64,000 bases of DNA, taken from IMG/VR virus record IMGVR_UViG_3300042348_000780, one strand, 5' to 3'. The notes beneath the pieces were generated by a model, which was not told the origin of the DNA, made no database searches, and saw only the letters and a list, made by a program, of their open reading frames with translations. Positions 34,719 through 46,200 of the stretch are shown here, piece by piece. Position 1 is the stretch's first letter. Each line of letters starts with the position of its first letter. Position numbers and translations under genes: made by a program. The DNA is from a virus.

Positions 34719-37037
34719 ATGCCAGTTACAAATAACACATATACTATTTCTACATTAGGAGCTACGGCTACTTTTTATGATTGGTTTAATAAAGAAAATA
34801 ATGATATTATTGCTAAATTAAACTTACTTAAGGTATATGGAGCCACAAGTGGTGATGGCATTTTAGCATCAACAAATACTAGTGGTCAATTATCACTATC
34901 AATAGGTGGTACATCTGGAATAATTCAAGCTCCTTTAACATTTAATAACACAATTACTTTTAATAGTAATGTAAATATTCCAAATATTAATATTCAGACA
35001 ACTGGTATTACATCTGGAACTTCTGGTTATACATTTGGTACACCAGTTAGAATTTACTTAGACTCAATAACACAGGCATTAGGTTTAACAGCATCAAGAG
35101 CAAATACTCCAGAAAATGCTGAAATATTAGGATTATTATCTTCAAGAGGAATCACATCATCAACTATAACCATTGCTGGTAAAATTACTGGAGATTTTTC
35201 TGGAATTTATGGTAAAGGTCTTAGTGCTGGTTGCATCTATTTTTTAGATAGCATAAATGCTGGAAAAATTGATGATGATGAACCACAAACTACTGGTACT
35301 GTTTCTAAACCAATAGTGATGGGTTTAACTCTAAATGAAGGTATAGTTTTAAGTTATCGTGGTAATTATTTAAATTACGATCTCACAAGTTATGGTTCTT
35401 CTGGCTCAAATCAAATAGTATTTTCTCTTAATACTGCACTTTATTCATCAGCAAACTCAGAAATATTGCTTGGTGATGTGTTGTCATTTTCTCCGTCTTA
35501 TGCAACTTCAATAAATGATGTCGATGCTTTAGGTAATAGAAAAAATTATGGAGGTTGGTTCCATAGTAGAGCTGGAAATGATGAAGAAGTTTATATTGTT
35601 GGTGTTGTGATTGAAAAATTTATAGTTGGTTCAAATCTTTATATTACTTTACAATTATCTGGATATACATCAGTATTACCTGGTGTTGGTGGTTCATATT
35701 TAAATGATGAGTTTGATCTTTCAGATAGGTCTGATAATCCTCAATTAATTTCAGCCACGACAAGACCAGGTACTCTTCCTCTTATTGCTATTAATTATGA
35801 TGTATCATCTGGTTATTCAGTAATTGATATACAAAAACCTTATACTACTTCATCAACAACTGATCTTCGTTCTACCTCTCTTCGTTCTACCTCATCGTCA
35901 TCAGCAGGAACTCCAAATGTTCTTATAAATGGTAATTTTGAAGTATGGCAGAGATCAAATATTGGTAGAGATGTGCCTTATACATCAACTGGGAATGTTA
36001 TATTTGCTGATCTATGGAGAAGACACGATGGTGTCACTGGTGGAGATAGTTTCAAGAACTTTTATATAACTAGACAATCATTTAGTGATTATCAGACAGA
36101 AATAGAAGGAAGTCCAAATTATTATGTCGATATAAAGGCTTTAGGTTCATCAGCAGCATCTTATGCTGGAATCACTACTGCTAGTTACCCTGGATATACT
36201 TTCTTCGATCATATGATGGTTGGTCATGTTATTCCAGATGCAAAAGCAGTCGATAAGAAAAATGTAACAGTTAGTTTCTATGCTAAGACATCACATTCAA
36301 ATTATAATACTGCTATAGTATATCTCTCAAGATATAATGGAACTTCTTTGTTAGATTATAAAGTATTGGGAACTGTAAATTTAACTACTAACTGGGCAAA
36401 ATATAATATAACAACTTATGTTGATGAAGTATCTTCGTCGGTTACACCATTGGCGAATGATTATTCTGAAATTGGACTTGATTTAATCCCTTTAATTACT
36501 CAAGCAAATGAAGCATCTGAATCAATTTCAACAAATGTTTATGTATCTTTAGCTTCATTCAATGCTTCATATGGAACATCATCTATATCTAATCATCATT
36601 TTATTCCATATGGCCAACAATTAGATTATTGCCAACAATATTATTATACAACATATGCAAGGGAAGAAAGAATAGGAACACCAACATTAGTTTCAAGATT
36701 CATAACATCAGAAACTACTCCATATCTTGTAACTCTTCCAAATTATTCATCAGTTGTTCATGAATTACCAATTCACATGAGAACAACACCTACTATAACA
36801 TTATACTCACCATACAGTGGATCTTCAAATGAAGCATATAATCAAACAGAGACAAGAGAATTAAGGTCCACAAATGGTACTGTTGGATATGCTGGAGGAA
36901 TACGAAGTGCATCTGGTGGTATAGCAATAAATGCCACACCAAGAATAAATACTATTAAAATAAATGTGAGTGAAGGATATACTTCATACGATCAAATTTA
37001 TTACCATTTCATTGCTGATGCTGACTATCCAATTTAA
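34719..37037 (+). CDS. Tail fibre/receptor-binding-like protein
   Basis: TFYDW..K.N N-terminus; LINGNFEVWQR...CQQYY...MRTTPTITLY pattern of phage tail proteins. Confidence 0.65.
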   Translation: MPVTNNTYTISTLGATATFYDWFNKENNDIIAKLNLLKVYGATSGDGILASTNTSGQLSLSIGGTSGIIQAPLTFNNTITFNSNVNIPNINIQTTGITSGTSGYTFGTPVRIYLDSITQALGLTASRANTPENAEILGLLSSRGITSSTITIAGKITGDFSGIYGKGLSAGCIYFLDSINAGKIDDDEPQTTGTVSKPIVMGLTLNEGIVLSYRGNYLNYDLTSYGSSGSNQIVFSLNTALYSSANSEILLGDVLSFSPSYATSINDVDALGNRKNYGGWFHSRAGNDEEVYIVGVVIEKFIVGSNLYITLQLSGYTSVLPGVGGSYLNDEFDLSDRSDNPQLISATTRPGTLPLIAINYDVSSGYSVIDIQKPYTTSSTTDLRSTSLRSTSSSSAGTPNVLINGNFEVWQRSNIGRDVPYTSTGNVIFADLWRRHDGVTGGDSFKNFYITRQSFSDYQTEIEGSPNYYVDIKALGSSAASYAGITTASYPGYTFFDHMMVGHVIPDAKAVDKKNVTVSFYAKTSHSNYNTAIVYLSRYNGTSLLDYKVLGTVNLTTNWAKYNITTYVDEVSSSVTPLANDYSEIGLDLIPLITQANEASESISTNVYVSLASFNASYGTSSISNHHFIPYGQQLDYCQQYYYTTYAREERIGTPTLVSRFITSETTPYLVTLPNYSSVVHELPIHMRTTPTITLYSPYSGSSNEAYNQTETRELRSTNGTVGYAGGIRSASGGIAINATPRINTIKINVSEGYTSYDQIYYHFIADADYPI

Positions 37038-37047
37038 GGAATAACAT

Positions 37048-37524
37048 ATGGCTACATCAATTAGTTCAAATATACGAGCAGCAAATACAGTAGTAAATTT
37101 ATCATCTGAGGGTGGTAATAGATTGATGGTACAGATAGGATCTGCACAAATTGCACCTCCAGGCTTATCTGCTGGTGATGCAATATTTTATAGTATATCA
37201 TCATCAAAGTATCAGAGATCAAAAGCAGATTCACCAAATACTGCTGAAGTTTTCGGAATAGTAGAAAGTGTTGATATTTCTGGAAATGCGAATGTTGTAT
37301 TGTATGGATCAATCGGTTTAACTGGATATATTAATATTGATGATGGTGGTGAAGGTGGTCATGATATTTACTTCCTTAGCGATTTAACTGCTGGAAAATT
37401 ACAGTCATTGGCTCCAACCAATCAAAATCATATTGTAAAACCAGTATATCAAGTAGCACCACACGGTAATTTTACAGGAACAGTAGTAAACTACATTGGT
37501 TATAAAGTACCAGTAAGTGAATAA
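37048..37524 (+). CDS. Virion structural protein similar to an internal domain of 34719-37037
   Basis: SKADSPNTAEVFGIV...YFLS....GKL vs SRANTPENAEILGLL...YFLD...AGKI. Confidence 0.65.
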   Translation: MATSISSNIRAANTVVNLSSEGGNRLMVQIGSAQIAPPGLSAGDAIFYSISSSKYQRSKADSPNTAEVFGIVESVDISGNANVVLYGSIGLTGYINIDDGGEGGHDIYFLSDLTAGKLQSLAPTNQNHIVKPVYQVAPHGNFTGTVVNYIGYKVPVSE

Positions 37525-37526
37525 TT

Positions 37527-40241
37527 ATGGGAAGTACTGGAAGCAGTTATGTTTATTCTTTAGAAATCGAATCCTATAGATCAGGATTAACTGGTATTAC
37601 AGGTAATACTGGTGCTACTGGTTCAATTGGAGCAACTGGTAATAGTATTATTGGACCTACAGGAAACACTGGAGGCAATTTAGTAAATATTACTATTGCA
37701 GAAGATAAAACATTTGTTTTTCATTATAGTGATGGAAAAACTATTTCTTCCATTGCACGTATTATTGGTGCTAATGGTTATTCAAAAATAAAATTACTTG
37801 GTGTAAGTCTTTTTAATTTTAGTCCATTAAATAATTCATTAACAAATCAAACGTATGATTCTCAATTTCCTGTTGATATATTAACATTTAAAGGTATATC
37901 ATCAGCGAGTTCTCCATACGTAAGAGTAAATTATATCAATAATAACACAATTCGTGTTGATTTTGATGCAATCAATATTGGATTTATTGGTATAAGTGGT
38001 GGAACTTTAGGAAATATTTTACAAAATCTTCCAGGACAAAAACAGGCTGGAATTACTTCTACCAAATATAATGAAGATGAAGCATCTATATTAATACAAC
38101 ATAAAAATATACATGAAAGTCTTGTAATTTGCAAACCCAATGTTGTAAGTTCATCATTAGTTTATTGGAAAATAGATCCATCACAAGGATCTATATTTCA
38201 CATCAATCCATATACAAATACTTTAAATACAAATAATGAAATAAATGGATATGTGTTCTTTATAAAAGAACCACAATATGGTACTTTATCTAAAGGTATC
38301 ACAATTCAATTTCCAAATACATTTACATTAAATTCAAATAAAATATATTATGTAATTTATGATAATGATGCTGATATTGATTCTGGAATTACATTAGGTG
38401 ATAATTTCTATAATAGATTTGATGTTGCTGGTATAGAATGGCAAAATAATTCATATTTTTGCCCAGATTCATCATTTAATGCTCTCAATCTAATTTCAAT
38501 TGGTGGAAGATATCTTGCATATCCTGTACAATATCAACAAAATAGTGCAAGTTCAAATACTTCTATTGATTCAGAAAGTTTAAGTGTAACATGCTACCCA
38601 TATTCAGAAAGATTGCCATCACAAGAATTTTTTACTGGTGGTTTATGCTGTCCAGGCAATTGTACTTCTTCCGCTTATGAAAGCATAAGTGGTGGGTGTA
38701 CTGGCTATTTCATTCCAACAAAAAGAATATCAAATTCATCATTGTGTACTAGAAAAGGTAGTTGTTGTATTAAAACAGCAGAAAATACCTTTACACCAAG
38801 TGAATTAACTTATTGTGAATGTGCTACTAGTGCTGGAGAGAATGAATTTATTTTTCACCCATTTGAGGGGCTAAAGAGTACATTAGAATGGTTTTTATGT
38901 GATGATACATGTTTTCGTAATGTTCCATCAGGTTCTTGTTGTGATGGACTTGGTAACTGTTTAGATTCTAGTATTATTACTTGCAATGAACTAGGTCACT
39001 TTTTTCAAGGCATTGGTGTTAAATGTAAACCTAATAATGCCTCGCAATTAAACATATGTTCTGGTGGTAGTGGTGGATGTTGTGATTCTGGTATGACTTG
39101 TGTTAATGGATATACAGGATCACAGTGTATTTCTGAAAGTAAATCATATCTAGGTGATCAAAAATATTGTCAATCATTTAATTGTTCACCAGATTCTATT
39201 GCATGTTCACAGACTATTCCAGGTATATCAGAATTAAAACAGGGTGATGAATATGCTGGAGGTATTGTTGTTGGAATATTTGATTTGAATACTTCTAAAA
39301 TTTTCGGTAATGATATTTTTAATGATATTAGTGCAGTTTCTAATTTCTTTGACATTGATACTATAAATTCTGATAGATCTTCAGTGCCTTTTACTATTAA
39401 ATACGATTTTAATGGATATGGTTTTGATAAATCTTTTGCATCTAGAACTTCTAGAGAAGATAAGTTTATATTAATTATTTCTAAACAAGATTTAGAATAT
39501 CGAAATACTTCACATTTCATTTGGTCTAAAAATCAAATTGCTTGGGGATATATATACAATCCAATAACAAATAATATAGAAGAGATCACATCAAAATCTG
39601 TATTTAATTTAGGTGAAGGTGTTGTATCTTTGACAAGTTTATCAAGCAATACCTTTGCATTACCAACTATAAGAACTAGTGGTAGTTCTTTACAATGGCT
39701 TTTCGATCAATCATCTTCTGGATATACTGGTAAATGGAGAAGAAATTATGGTTTATATAATACTCATAGACTATTGACATCTAAGCTGTTATATAATGAA
39801 GATATATCATTAACTACTCCAACAATCTACCAGGCAATTAAACAATACAATATTGACAATCCTCCTACAACAGAAAGAGAATCAAGTTGGTTTATTCCAT
39901 CACACGATGAACTTGGTTTTATTTCATATCTAACACAGCAGACAACAGATTTTAATATAAATGTTTCATTACTGTTGTCTGGTTATGATCAATTAAATGG
40001 AATTTACTGGACATCAACTGGAGCACACACCACAGCAGATGCACAAGCATCCTCTACTAAAGGATCAAATGCTTGGATTCATAATATTGATGCAGAAAAT
40101 CCAGAAAACAATTATTCTATAACTGCGAATAGAATAGAAAATACATATAAAGTTAGGCCAATTAAATTAATAAGATGTGATGGATCGTATCCTTCAGTAA
40201 GTGATGAAACATACAAACTATGGCGTTTGCCATTAATCTAA
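37527..40241 (+). CDS. Collagen-like, Cys-rich fibre protein with DUF1566-like C-terminus
   Basis: G-X-T triplets; GSCC/GGCC repeats; WFIPS.DEL...YWTST...VRPIK. Confidence 0.7.
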   Translation: MGSTGSSYVYSLEIESYRSGLTGITGNTGATGSIGATGNSIIGPTGNTGGNLVNITIAEDKTFVFHYSDGKTISSIARIIGANGYSKIKLLGVSLFNFSPLNNSLTNQTYDSQFPVDILTFKGISSASSPYVRVNYINNNTIRVDFDAINIGFIGISGGTLGNILQNLPGQKQAGITSTKYNEDEASILIQHKNIHESLVICKPNVVSSSLVYWKIDPSQGSIFHINPYTNTLNTNNEINGYVFFIKEPQYGTLSKGITIQFPNTFTLNSNKIYYVIYDNDADIDSGITLGDNFYNRFDVAGIEWQNNSYFCPDSSFNALNLISIGGRYLAYPVQYQQNSASSNTSIDSESLSVTCYPYSERLPSQEFFTGGLCCPGNCTSSAYESISGGCTGYFIPTKRISNSSLCTRKGSCCIKTAENTFTPSELTYCECATSAGENEFIFHPFEGLKSTLEWFLCDDTCFRNVPSGSCCDGLGNCLDSSIITCNELGHFFQGIGVKCKPNNASQLNICSGGSGGCCDSGMTCVNGYTGSQCISESKSYLGDQKYCQSFNCSPDSIACSQTIPGISELKQGDEYAGGIVVGIFDLNTSKIFGNDIFNDISAVSNFFDIDTINSDRSSVPFTIKYDFNGYGFDKSFASRTSREDKFILIISKQDLEYRNTSHFIWSKNQIAWGYIYNPITNNIEEITSKSVFNLGEGVVSLTSLSSNTFALPTIRTSGSSLQWLFDQSSSGYTGKWRRNYGLYNTHRLLTSKLLYNEDISLTTPTIYQAIKQYNIDNPPTTERESSWFIPSHDELGFISYLTQQTTDFNINVSLLLSGYDQLNGIYWTSTGAHTTADAQASSTKGSNAWIHNIDAENPENNYSITANRIENTYKVRPIKLIRCDGSYPSVSDETYKLWRLPLI

Positions 40242-40242
40242 C

Positions 40243-43230
40243 ATGACTATAGGAAGCTCATTTTTACCTTATATAAGCAATATTGTTGGTTCAACAGGTC
40301 CAACAGGTCCAACTGGTCCAACTGGTCCAACTGGAATTACTGGACCACTTATTGCTGGTCCAACTGGGGCATCTGGTTTAGGTATTACTGGCTTTACATA
40401 TATTTCTGGAAAAAATCTTACAATTTATATTGGAGGAACTGGTTCAGTTTCTTTAAATATACAAGGAAATACATCTGCTTATAGTAATGAATTTTCTATT
40501 TTAAAGGGAAATACTACAAATGGTATTTCTGTTATTGTTCATGAACCAGAAGATTTGAGAGATTTAAATATACAATTACTTACTGAAGGAGCCACATTAG
40601 CCCTTAAAGGTATAACATTTAAATCTTCTACAAATTCTTTTAGTTCAATTTCTGTAGATGTGAATAAAATATCAGTAGCTGGTAAAACATACACAGTTTA
40701 TCCTGTAGGCGACACTGGTAATATAGCATTTATATACAGTGCCACAAAAGCAAAAGGAGTTCCTAATAGTTATTGGGATAATGGTATTTCTATGTTGGAT
40801 TTACCATTAGCATCAGAGAGACACGCAATACACAATAATATAAATTATGGAAGTTCTATATCATTTACTCAAAATATAGTAGGATTTAGTGGTGCTACTG
40901 GTATTGCTGATACATTATTTAATTTTAATCCATCATATGCTATTAATCCAAACTTTTCTAGATATCAAGTAAATTTTGATGTATATAATAAGATTGAATT
41001 AAATCAAACATTGTATATTGGTTCAAGTGGTGCAAGTAATTTTAATATTTCATTTTTGAAAAACACATACAATCGTGGATATTCGTTTACTCCACAATTA
41101 ATAACCAGTGAAAATGTTGGATCTTGTTGTTTATGTGAATTAAATGAAACAGATTCTGACATAAAATGTCTTGATTATGTTAATAAAGAATATTGTTTGG
41201 CTATGGGTGGTAGTTTTAGAACTTCAGCTTGTTCTTCTAGACTAATAAATGGTGATTGTTTTTCCGAGGGAGCTTGTTGTGTTAATGGAAAGTGCGTAAA
41301 TACTTCCCAAGAATTATGTTTGAAATATGGTGGTATATTTAATCCACTTCAGGTATGTAATAATACAGAAGGTAGTGATGAATATTTTACATGCTTAACA
41401 TCATGTCCAAATGACGTAGTTACTGGAAAATGTTGTATTAATGGTAAATGCTTTGATAATTTTACAAATTTTGAATGTATTTCTATAGAAAATTCAACAT
41501 TCCATGCTGGTCAATCATGTCTGGGTGATTGTGATGCTACGTGCAAGGAAACATCAAAGGGTGGATGTTGTTTAGCAGATGGAAATATTATTGAAACCTT
41601 TGCAGACGAGTGTAATGGTGTATTTTTAGGACCAGGTGTATTTTCTGGTAGATGTTGTACATCTGAACTTAGTGTAGGTTATTTTTCATCAACAAATACA
41701 TCATGTAGAGCAACAATTAATATTCCATGTTTGGATATAGGAACAAAAGTAGCTGGTGGATATTTAGTTGGTATTGTTGGGCATCCATCTCCATGTAATA
41801 ATTTTTCCACACCATTATTGGCAAGAGGACAAGTTTTAGGTTGTAGATATTATCCAAGAGGCTTTGTAAATAATTCATCAAATTATAATTATAAAAATTG
41901 CTTTGGTGAATCAGGTATTACTTTTGGCACTGATGATTTGCCAGCTTCTAAATTAAATATTGATTATTTTATAAGAACATATCCTACAATTCTACCACAA
42001 GAAGCAAAAGAAAACCAGTGCTTATTTAAAGGTGGAATACCACATATAATTCAAACGTATGATGGATTTGTTAGATCAACTTCAACTTCAGAAGATGAAA
42101 TACAATGGCCATCATCAAGTATGTTTGAAGGTAATTCAAATGCATCTCAATTAGCATTCTCAAATCAAGATTTATCTGACGTTATGTTATTTGAGGGTCT
42201 TGGGTTAAATGGTTCATCTAAATATAAAAGATTAGCATATCAATTTTATGAATCTACTGGAATGCCTTTATTATGGGCATTAATAATCTCCCCAGATGAC
42301 ATTGAGATCAACGAAGGTGATAATTTATTAAAATGGGGTATGTCTGAGGGAAGAGTTAAGGGATTAAATAATTACAATCTTGAACCAATTAGCACATGCC
42401 CACTTGATGGTTTCATGACAACAAGAATGTTTGATGAAACATCAAAAGAAAACACATATTTTTGGTTTAGATCTATAAACTTAACGCCAGGACAAGTTGG
42501 AAATTCAAATAGTGATCAATATGCATTTGATCGTTTCTGTTTTTATGATGGTAGTATTTCTGGTAAAAAGAATTGGTCTGATACTGTAAATGAAACAACT
42601 ATTGAAAATGATATAACACAATTTGCAGTAAAATATGCAGAAATGTGGGATAGTAATAATCCAACAGATTCTTGTACAAAGCAGATATCTATTGTAAATC
42701 AAACAGGAATTAATGGATATACAGATTGGTATATTCCAAGCATTATTGAATTAAATTATATTTACGCAAATATGGTTGATTTAAATAATTCACTATTAAT
42801 TAATGGTGATAATCCATTAAATGATGAACTTAACTATTGGTCATCAACAAGTCTTTGTACCCTACATTCATGGAATAATAATAATCCTGATGATAAATCA
42901 TTTTATACAATATACGAAACACCAAATAATTCACATAATAGTAAATTTAGATTTACAAAATCGGATTTTAATTTAAATGAAAATGATTTATATAAATTAA
43001 GTATGAATACATGTGCTGGTGAAACAATGTTGGTGCAAAATTTCTCAGATGGATTTGTACAATCAAAACCAAGAAATACTAAATCTGCCGCGTTGCGTCC
43101 AGTAAGAAGAATACCAATCGTAAAAACAAATAATCCTTTATGTTATTGGATTTCTGAAGTTTATGAAAACCATGATTATGAATCTTGTCCTTCATGTCCC
43201 TCTGGTGCATCATATGGATGTGCTGAATAA
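40243..43230 (+). CDS. Collagen-like, Cys-rich fibre protein with DUF1566-like C-terminus
   Basis: (GPT)n; GSCC/GACC/GKCC repeats; DWYIPSI.EL...YWSST...LRPVRR. Confidence 0.7.
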   Translation: MTIGSSFLPYISNIVGSTGPTGPTGPTGPTGITGPLIAGPTGASGLGITGFTYISGKNLTIYIGGTGSVSLNIQGNTSAYSNEFSILKGNTTNGISVIVHEPEDLRDLNIQLLTEGATLALKGITFKSSTNSFSSISVDVNKISVAGKTYTVYPVGDTGNIAFIYSATKAKGVPNSYWDNGISMLDLPLASERHAIHNNINYGSSISFTQNIVGFSGATGIADTLFNFNPSYAINPNFSRYQVNFDVYNKIELNQTLYIGSSGASNFNISFLKNTYNRGYSFTPQLITSENVGSCCLCELNETDSDIKCLDYVNKEYCLAMGGSFRTSACSSRLINGDCFSEGACCVNGKCVNTSQELCLKYGGIFNPLQVCNNTEGSDEYFTCLTSCPNDVVTGKCCINGKCFDNFTNFECISIENSTFHAGQSCLGDCDATCKETSKGGCCLADGNIIETFADECNGVFLGPGVFSGRCCTSELSVGYFSSTNTSCRATINIPCLDIGTKVAGGYLVGIVGHPSPCNNFSTPLLARGQVLGCRYYPRGFVNNSSNYNYKNCFGESGITFGTDDLPASKLNIDYFIRTYPTILPQEAKENQCLFKGGIPHIIQTYDGFVRSTSTSEDEIQWPSSSMFEGNSNASQLAFSNQDLSDVMLFEGLGLNGSSKYKRLAYQFYESTGMPLLWALIISPDDIEINEGDNLLKWGMSEGRVKGLNNYNLEPISTCPLDGFMTTRMFDETSKENTYFWFRSINLTPGQVGNSNSDQYAFDRFCFYDGSISGKKNWSDTVNETTIENDITQFAVKYAEMWDSNNPTDSCTKQISIVNQTGINGYTDWYIPSIIELNYIYANMVDLNNSLLINGDNPLNDELNYWSSTSLCTLHSWNNNNPDDKSFYTIYETPNNSHNSKFRFTKSDFNLNENDLYKLSMNTCAGETMLVQNFSDGFVQSKPRNTKSAALRPVRRIPIVKTNNPLCYWISEVYENHDYESCPSCPSGASYGCAE

Positions 43231-43246
43231 ATAAAATTGGAATATT

Positions 43247-46200
43247 ATGTCAAAAAGTACTATAGGAACATACGTTATAAGAGGGCCACAGGGTCCAATT
43301 GGTCAATTAGGAGCCACAGGAAATACTGGACAAACGGGAAATACTGGCCCTACAGGACCAACTGGTGATTATGGTGTGTATATTCAATCTATACAAGCCT
43401 ACACTAATAGTATAATATTGACATTATCCAATGGTTCAACCCAAGAAGTAACTGGAAATTTCCGTGGTGCTACGAGTGAATTTTATATTGGTGGCACAAC
43501 AAGTCCAGAAGATTCTTATAGTTTTATATCATCATATGATTCAGGAACACAGACTGTTTCAATACGTGGAATGACATTCACTGGTTCTTTATATTTAACT
43601 GAAGATTCAGATTATATCTATATTCATACAAATATATCAGAAGCACCATCAGAACTTGATATAGCAAATTTAAATCAAAATACATTAGTATATTTGAAAA
43701 CAAATAGTCAAATATCTAGCACTTCTATTGGCGTATCTTATGATGCAAATTACTATAATGGAACACTCGTATATAATGATACTGGTTCTGGAAATGGTAG
43801 AGCAAAATTAAATGCTTCCTCTAAGATAAAATATGTTGGTCCAATTACTAGAGATGATGATTTAATCTATCTAAATGCTGATGATGCAGGAACATTTTAC
43901 TTAGCAACACCAATTGGTATCGCAGGAATTACTGGTACATTTAGAGCAAATGAATCAATATCTTTAACATTGATTCCAGAAAATGAAAATATATGGCATT
44001 TCCCAGAAAATATTTATTTTGAATCTGGTGAAAATTATTTAACATGTGGTAAATCAATTATTAATATAACTTCAACTGATCAAGGCGAAACATGGTTGGC
44101 CACAGTTGCTGCTAGAGGTTTTGATGTTGATGTTAATTCCTGTGTATTATCAAATACATTGGGATCATGTTGTTATAGTGCTGAAAATTTTGAAACAAAA
44201 TGCAAAGATTACATAACAAAAGAAGCATGTGAATCACTGTTTGGAACATTTTATCCATTGAGATCATGCAAAGATGCTTGTGGATCAACTGGAATTTGTT
44301 GTACAAATGGTAGATGTATAGAAGATACAACACCATCTGAATGTGAAGCCTTCGGTGGTAGTTATTATTCTGGAATTACCTGTGGTGCGTATAATAATAA
44401 TCCAGATGATACTAATTTCGGATCTAGATTATGTCCTAATAATTGTGAACAAGATGGTTTAGTTTCTTGTTGTAAAGATGGTGTATGTTTGGGCGATAAC
44501 TTTACAAAATTATTATGCGAACAAGTTCTTGGTGGAAAAGCCGTTGAAGGTTCATGTTCAGAAGCAAACTGTTGTGATCAGTTGGTTGGACCTGGACCTT
44601 GTTGTACTATAGGTGGTTGTTTAGAATTAAATAAAGTTGAATGTGATGCTGTTGGTGGAATTTTCATGGGAGAAGGTTTACCGTGTAATCAAATCAATTG
44701 TGAATGTTTAGATATAAATTCACAGAATGATCCATTCGGAGCTTGTTGTGAAAATGGAGTTTGTTCACAAAAATATCAATCTCAATGTAAGGGTAGTTTT
44801 ATTGGTGGTGAATGTGATATTAATACATGTCTAATACCATCTGGAGCTTGTTGTAAAGATTGTGATTGTACACAAGTTAGCCAAACTGTATGTCAGTCTC
44901 AAGGTGGTCAATATAATGGTGATGGTACTTCATGCCCAGGTAATTGTAGTTCATCTCCAGAATGCGCATGTTCTAGTGGAGGATTTACTGAATTATTTGA
45001 TTGTACTGAGCCGACATCAATGGATTGTCTTACATCCATAAAAATGTATCCAAAGGAAAATTTAGAATCATCTGAAATTACATCACATTTTACAAGTGGT
45101 ATAGCATTTTTTCAATATCACGAAAAATTTGGTAATGATCAAATTCGTTATATTTTTAGACAAGGAATGGCTGTAAAAGATTTATTTATTCCAGTTGAAA
45201 GTAATAACATAGCTGATTTTAATGCTGGAGTAAATATAATAAAAATAGATGAAGATGGCACTGGTCGAGTATGTTTAAAATTAAACATAGCAAATGTTCA
45301 ATCCATGTCTTCTGATCAATTTAAATCATTAAGATTTTATCTATTAAGAACTAATTATCCAAGACATTACTCACAAAATTTAGCTGCATTACGAGGAATA
45401 ACAAATTCATACGGAACAGATACCATTGATTCCATTAATCCATTATCACAAACAAGTGAAGATACAGATGGAAATGGAGATATACAGACGATAGACGCTA
45501 ATGTATTTATGCCAGGAACTGATAAATTACGTAGACAATTAAATGGACCTTTATATGGAGGTATAAGAAAAAATAGTGTATCAGAAATTTTCGAAGGCCA
45601 ACTTAGACCTTTAGCTTATAATACTAATGATTATAAAAATCATTTTTTAAATATGGGTCTTAATACATTTGGTATAACTGGAATATATGATATCGTAAGA
45701 ATGTCTCACAACATTGGAAATAATCAACCTGGACAGGGTTTTAGAGTTATACATAGAGCAAATGAAGGTTCAGTTATAAGTTCTGAGTGTAGAAATGCAA
45801 ATTTTACAACAACATATGCTGATCCACGAATAGGACCATTGGTTAATGGTTCTTCATTAAATACAAATTTATTTTCAATACCATCTAAACAAGATGAAAC
45901 TATATTTTATATTGCTTCAACAAATATGGAATATAATACTAATATTCCTCCACTAAATTATTTATATTATGCACTTATAGATGAACAATGTAAATTTTTA
46001 AAATTGGATCATATAGTTACTAGTAATGACTTTTTACAACCTTTCGTAGATTCTGGATATCTTATTCCCTGTGTAAAATCAACCACATTTATTCCAAACT
46101 ATCCTACATCATCTTTACCATATATTCCATATGGTATGCTTTTAGTTGGTTATCACGCACATGGATATAATAAAATAATAAATCCACAAACTGCTTCTGG

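Noticed and set aside
35865-35893. 15-bp tandem duplication (LRSTS x2)
   Set aside because: A short slippage repeat in a Ser/Thr linker with no evidence of function.
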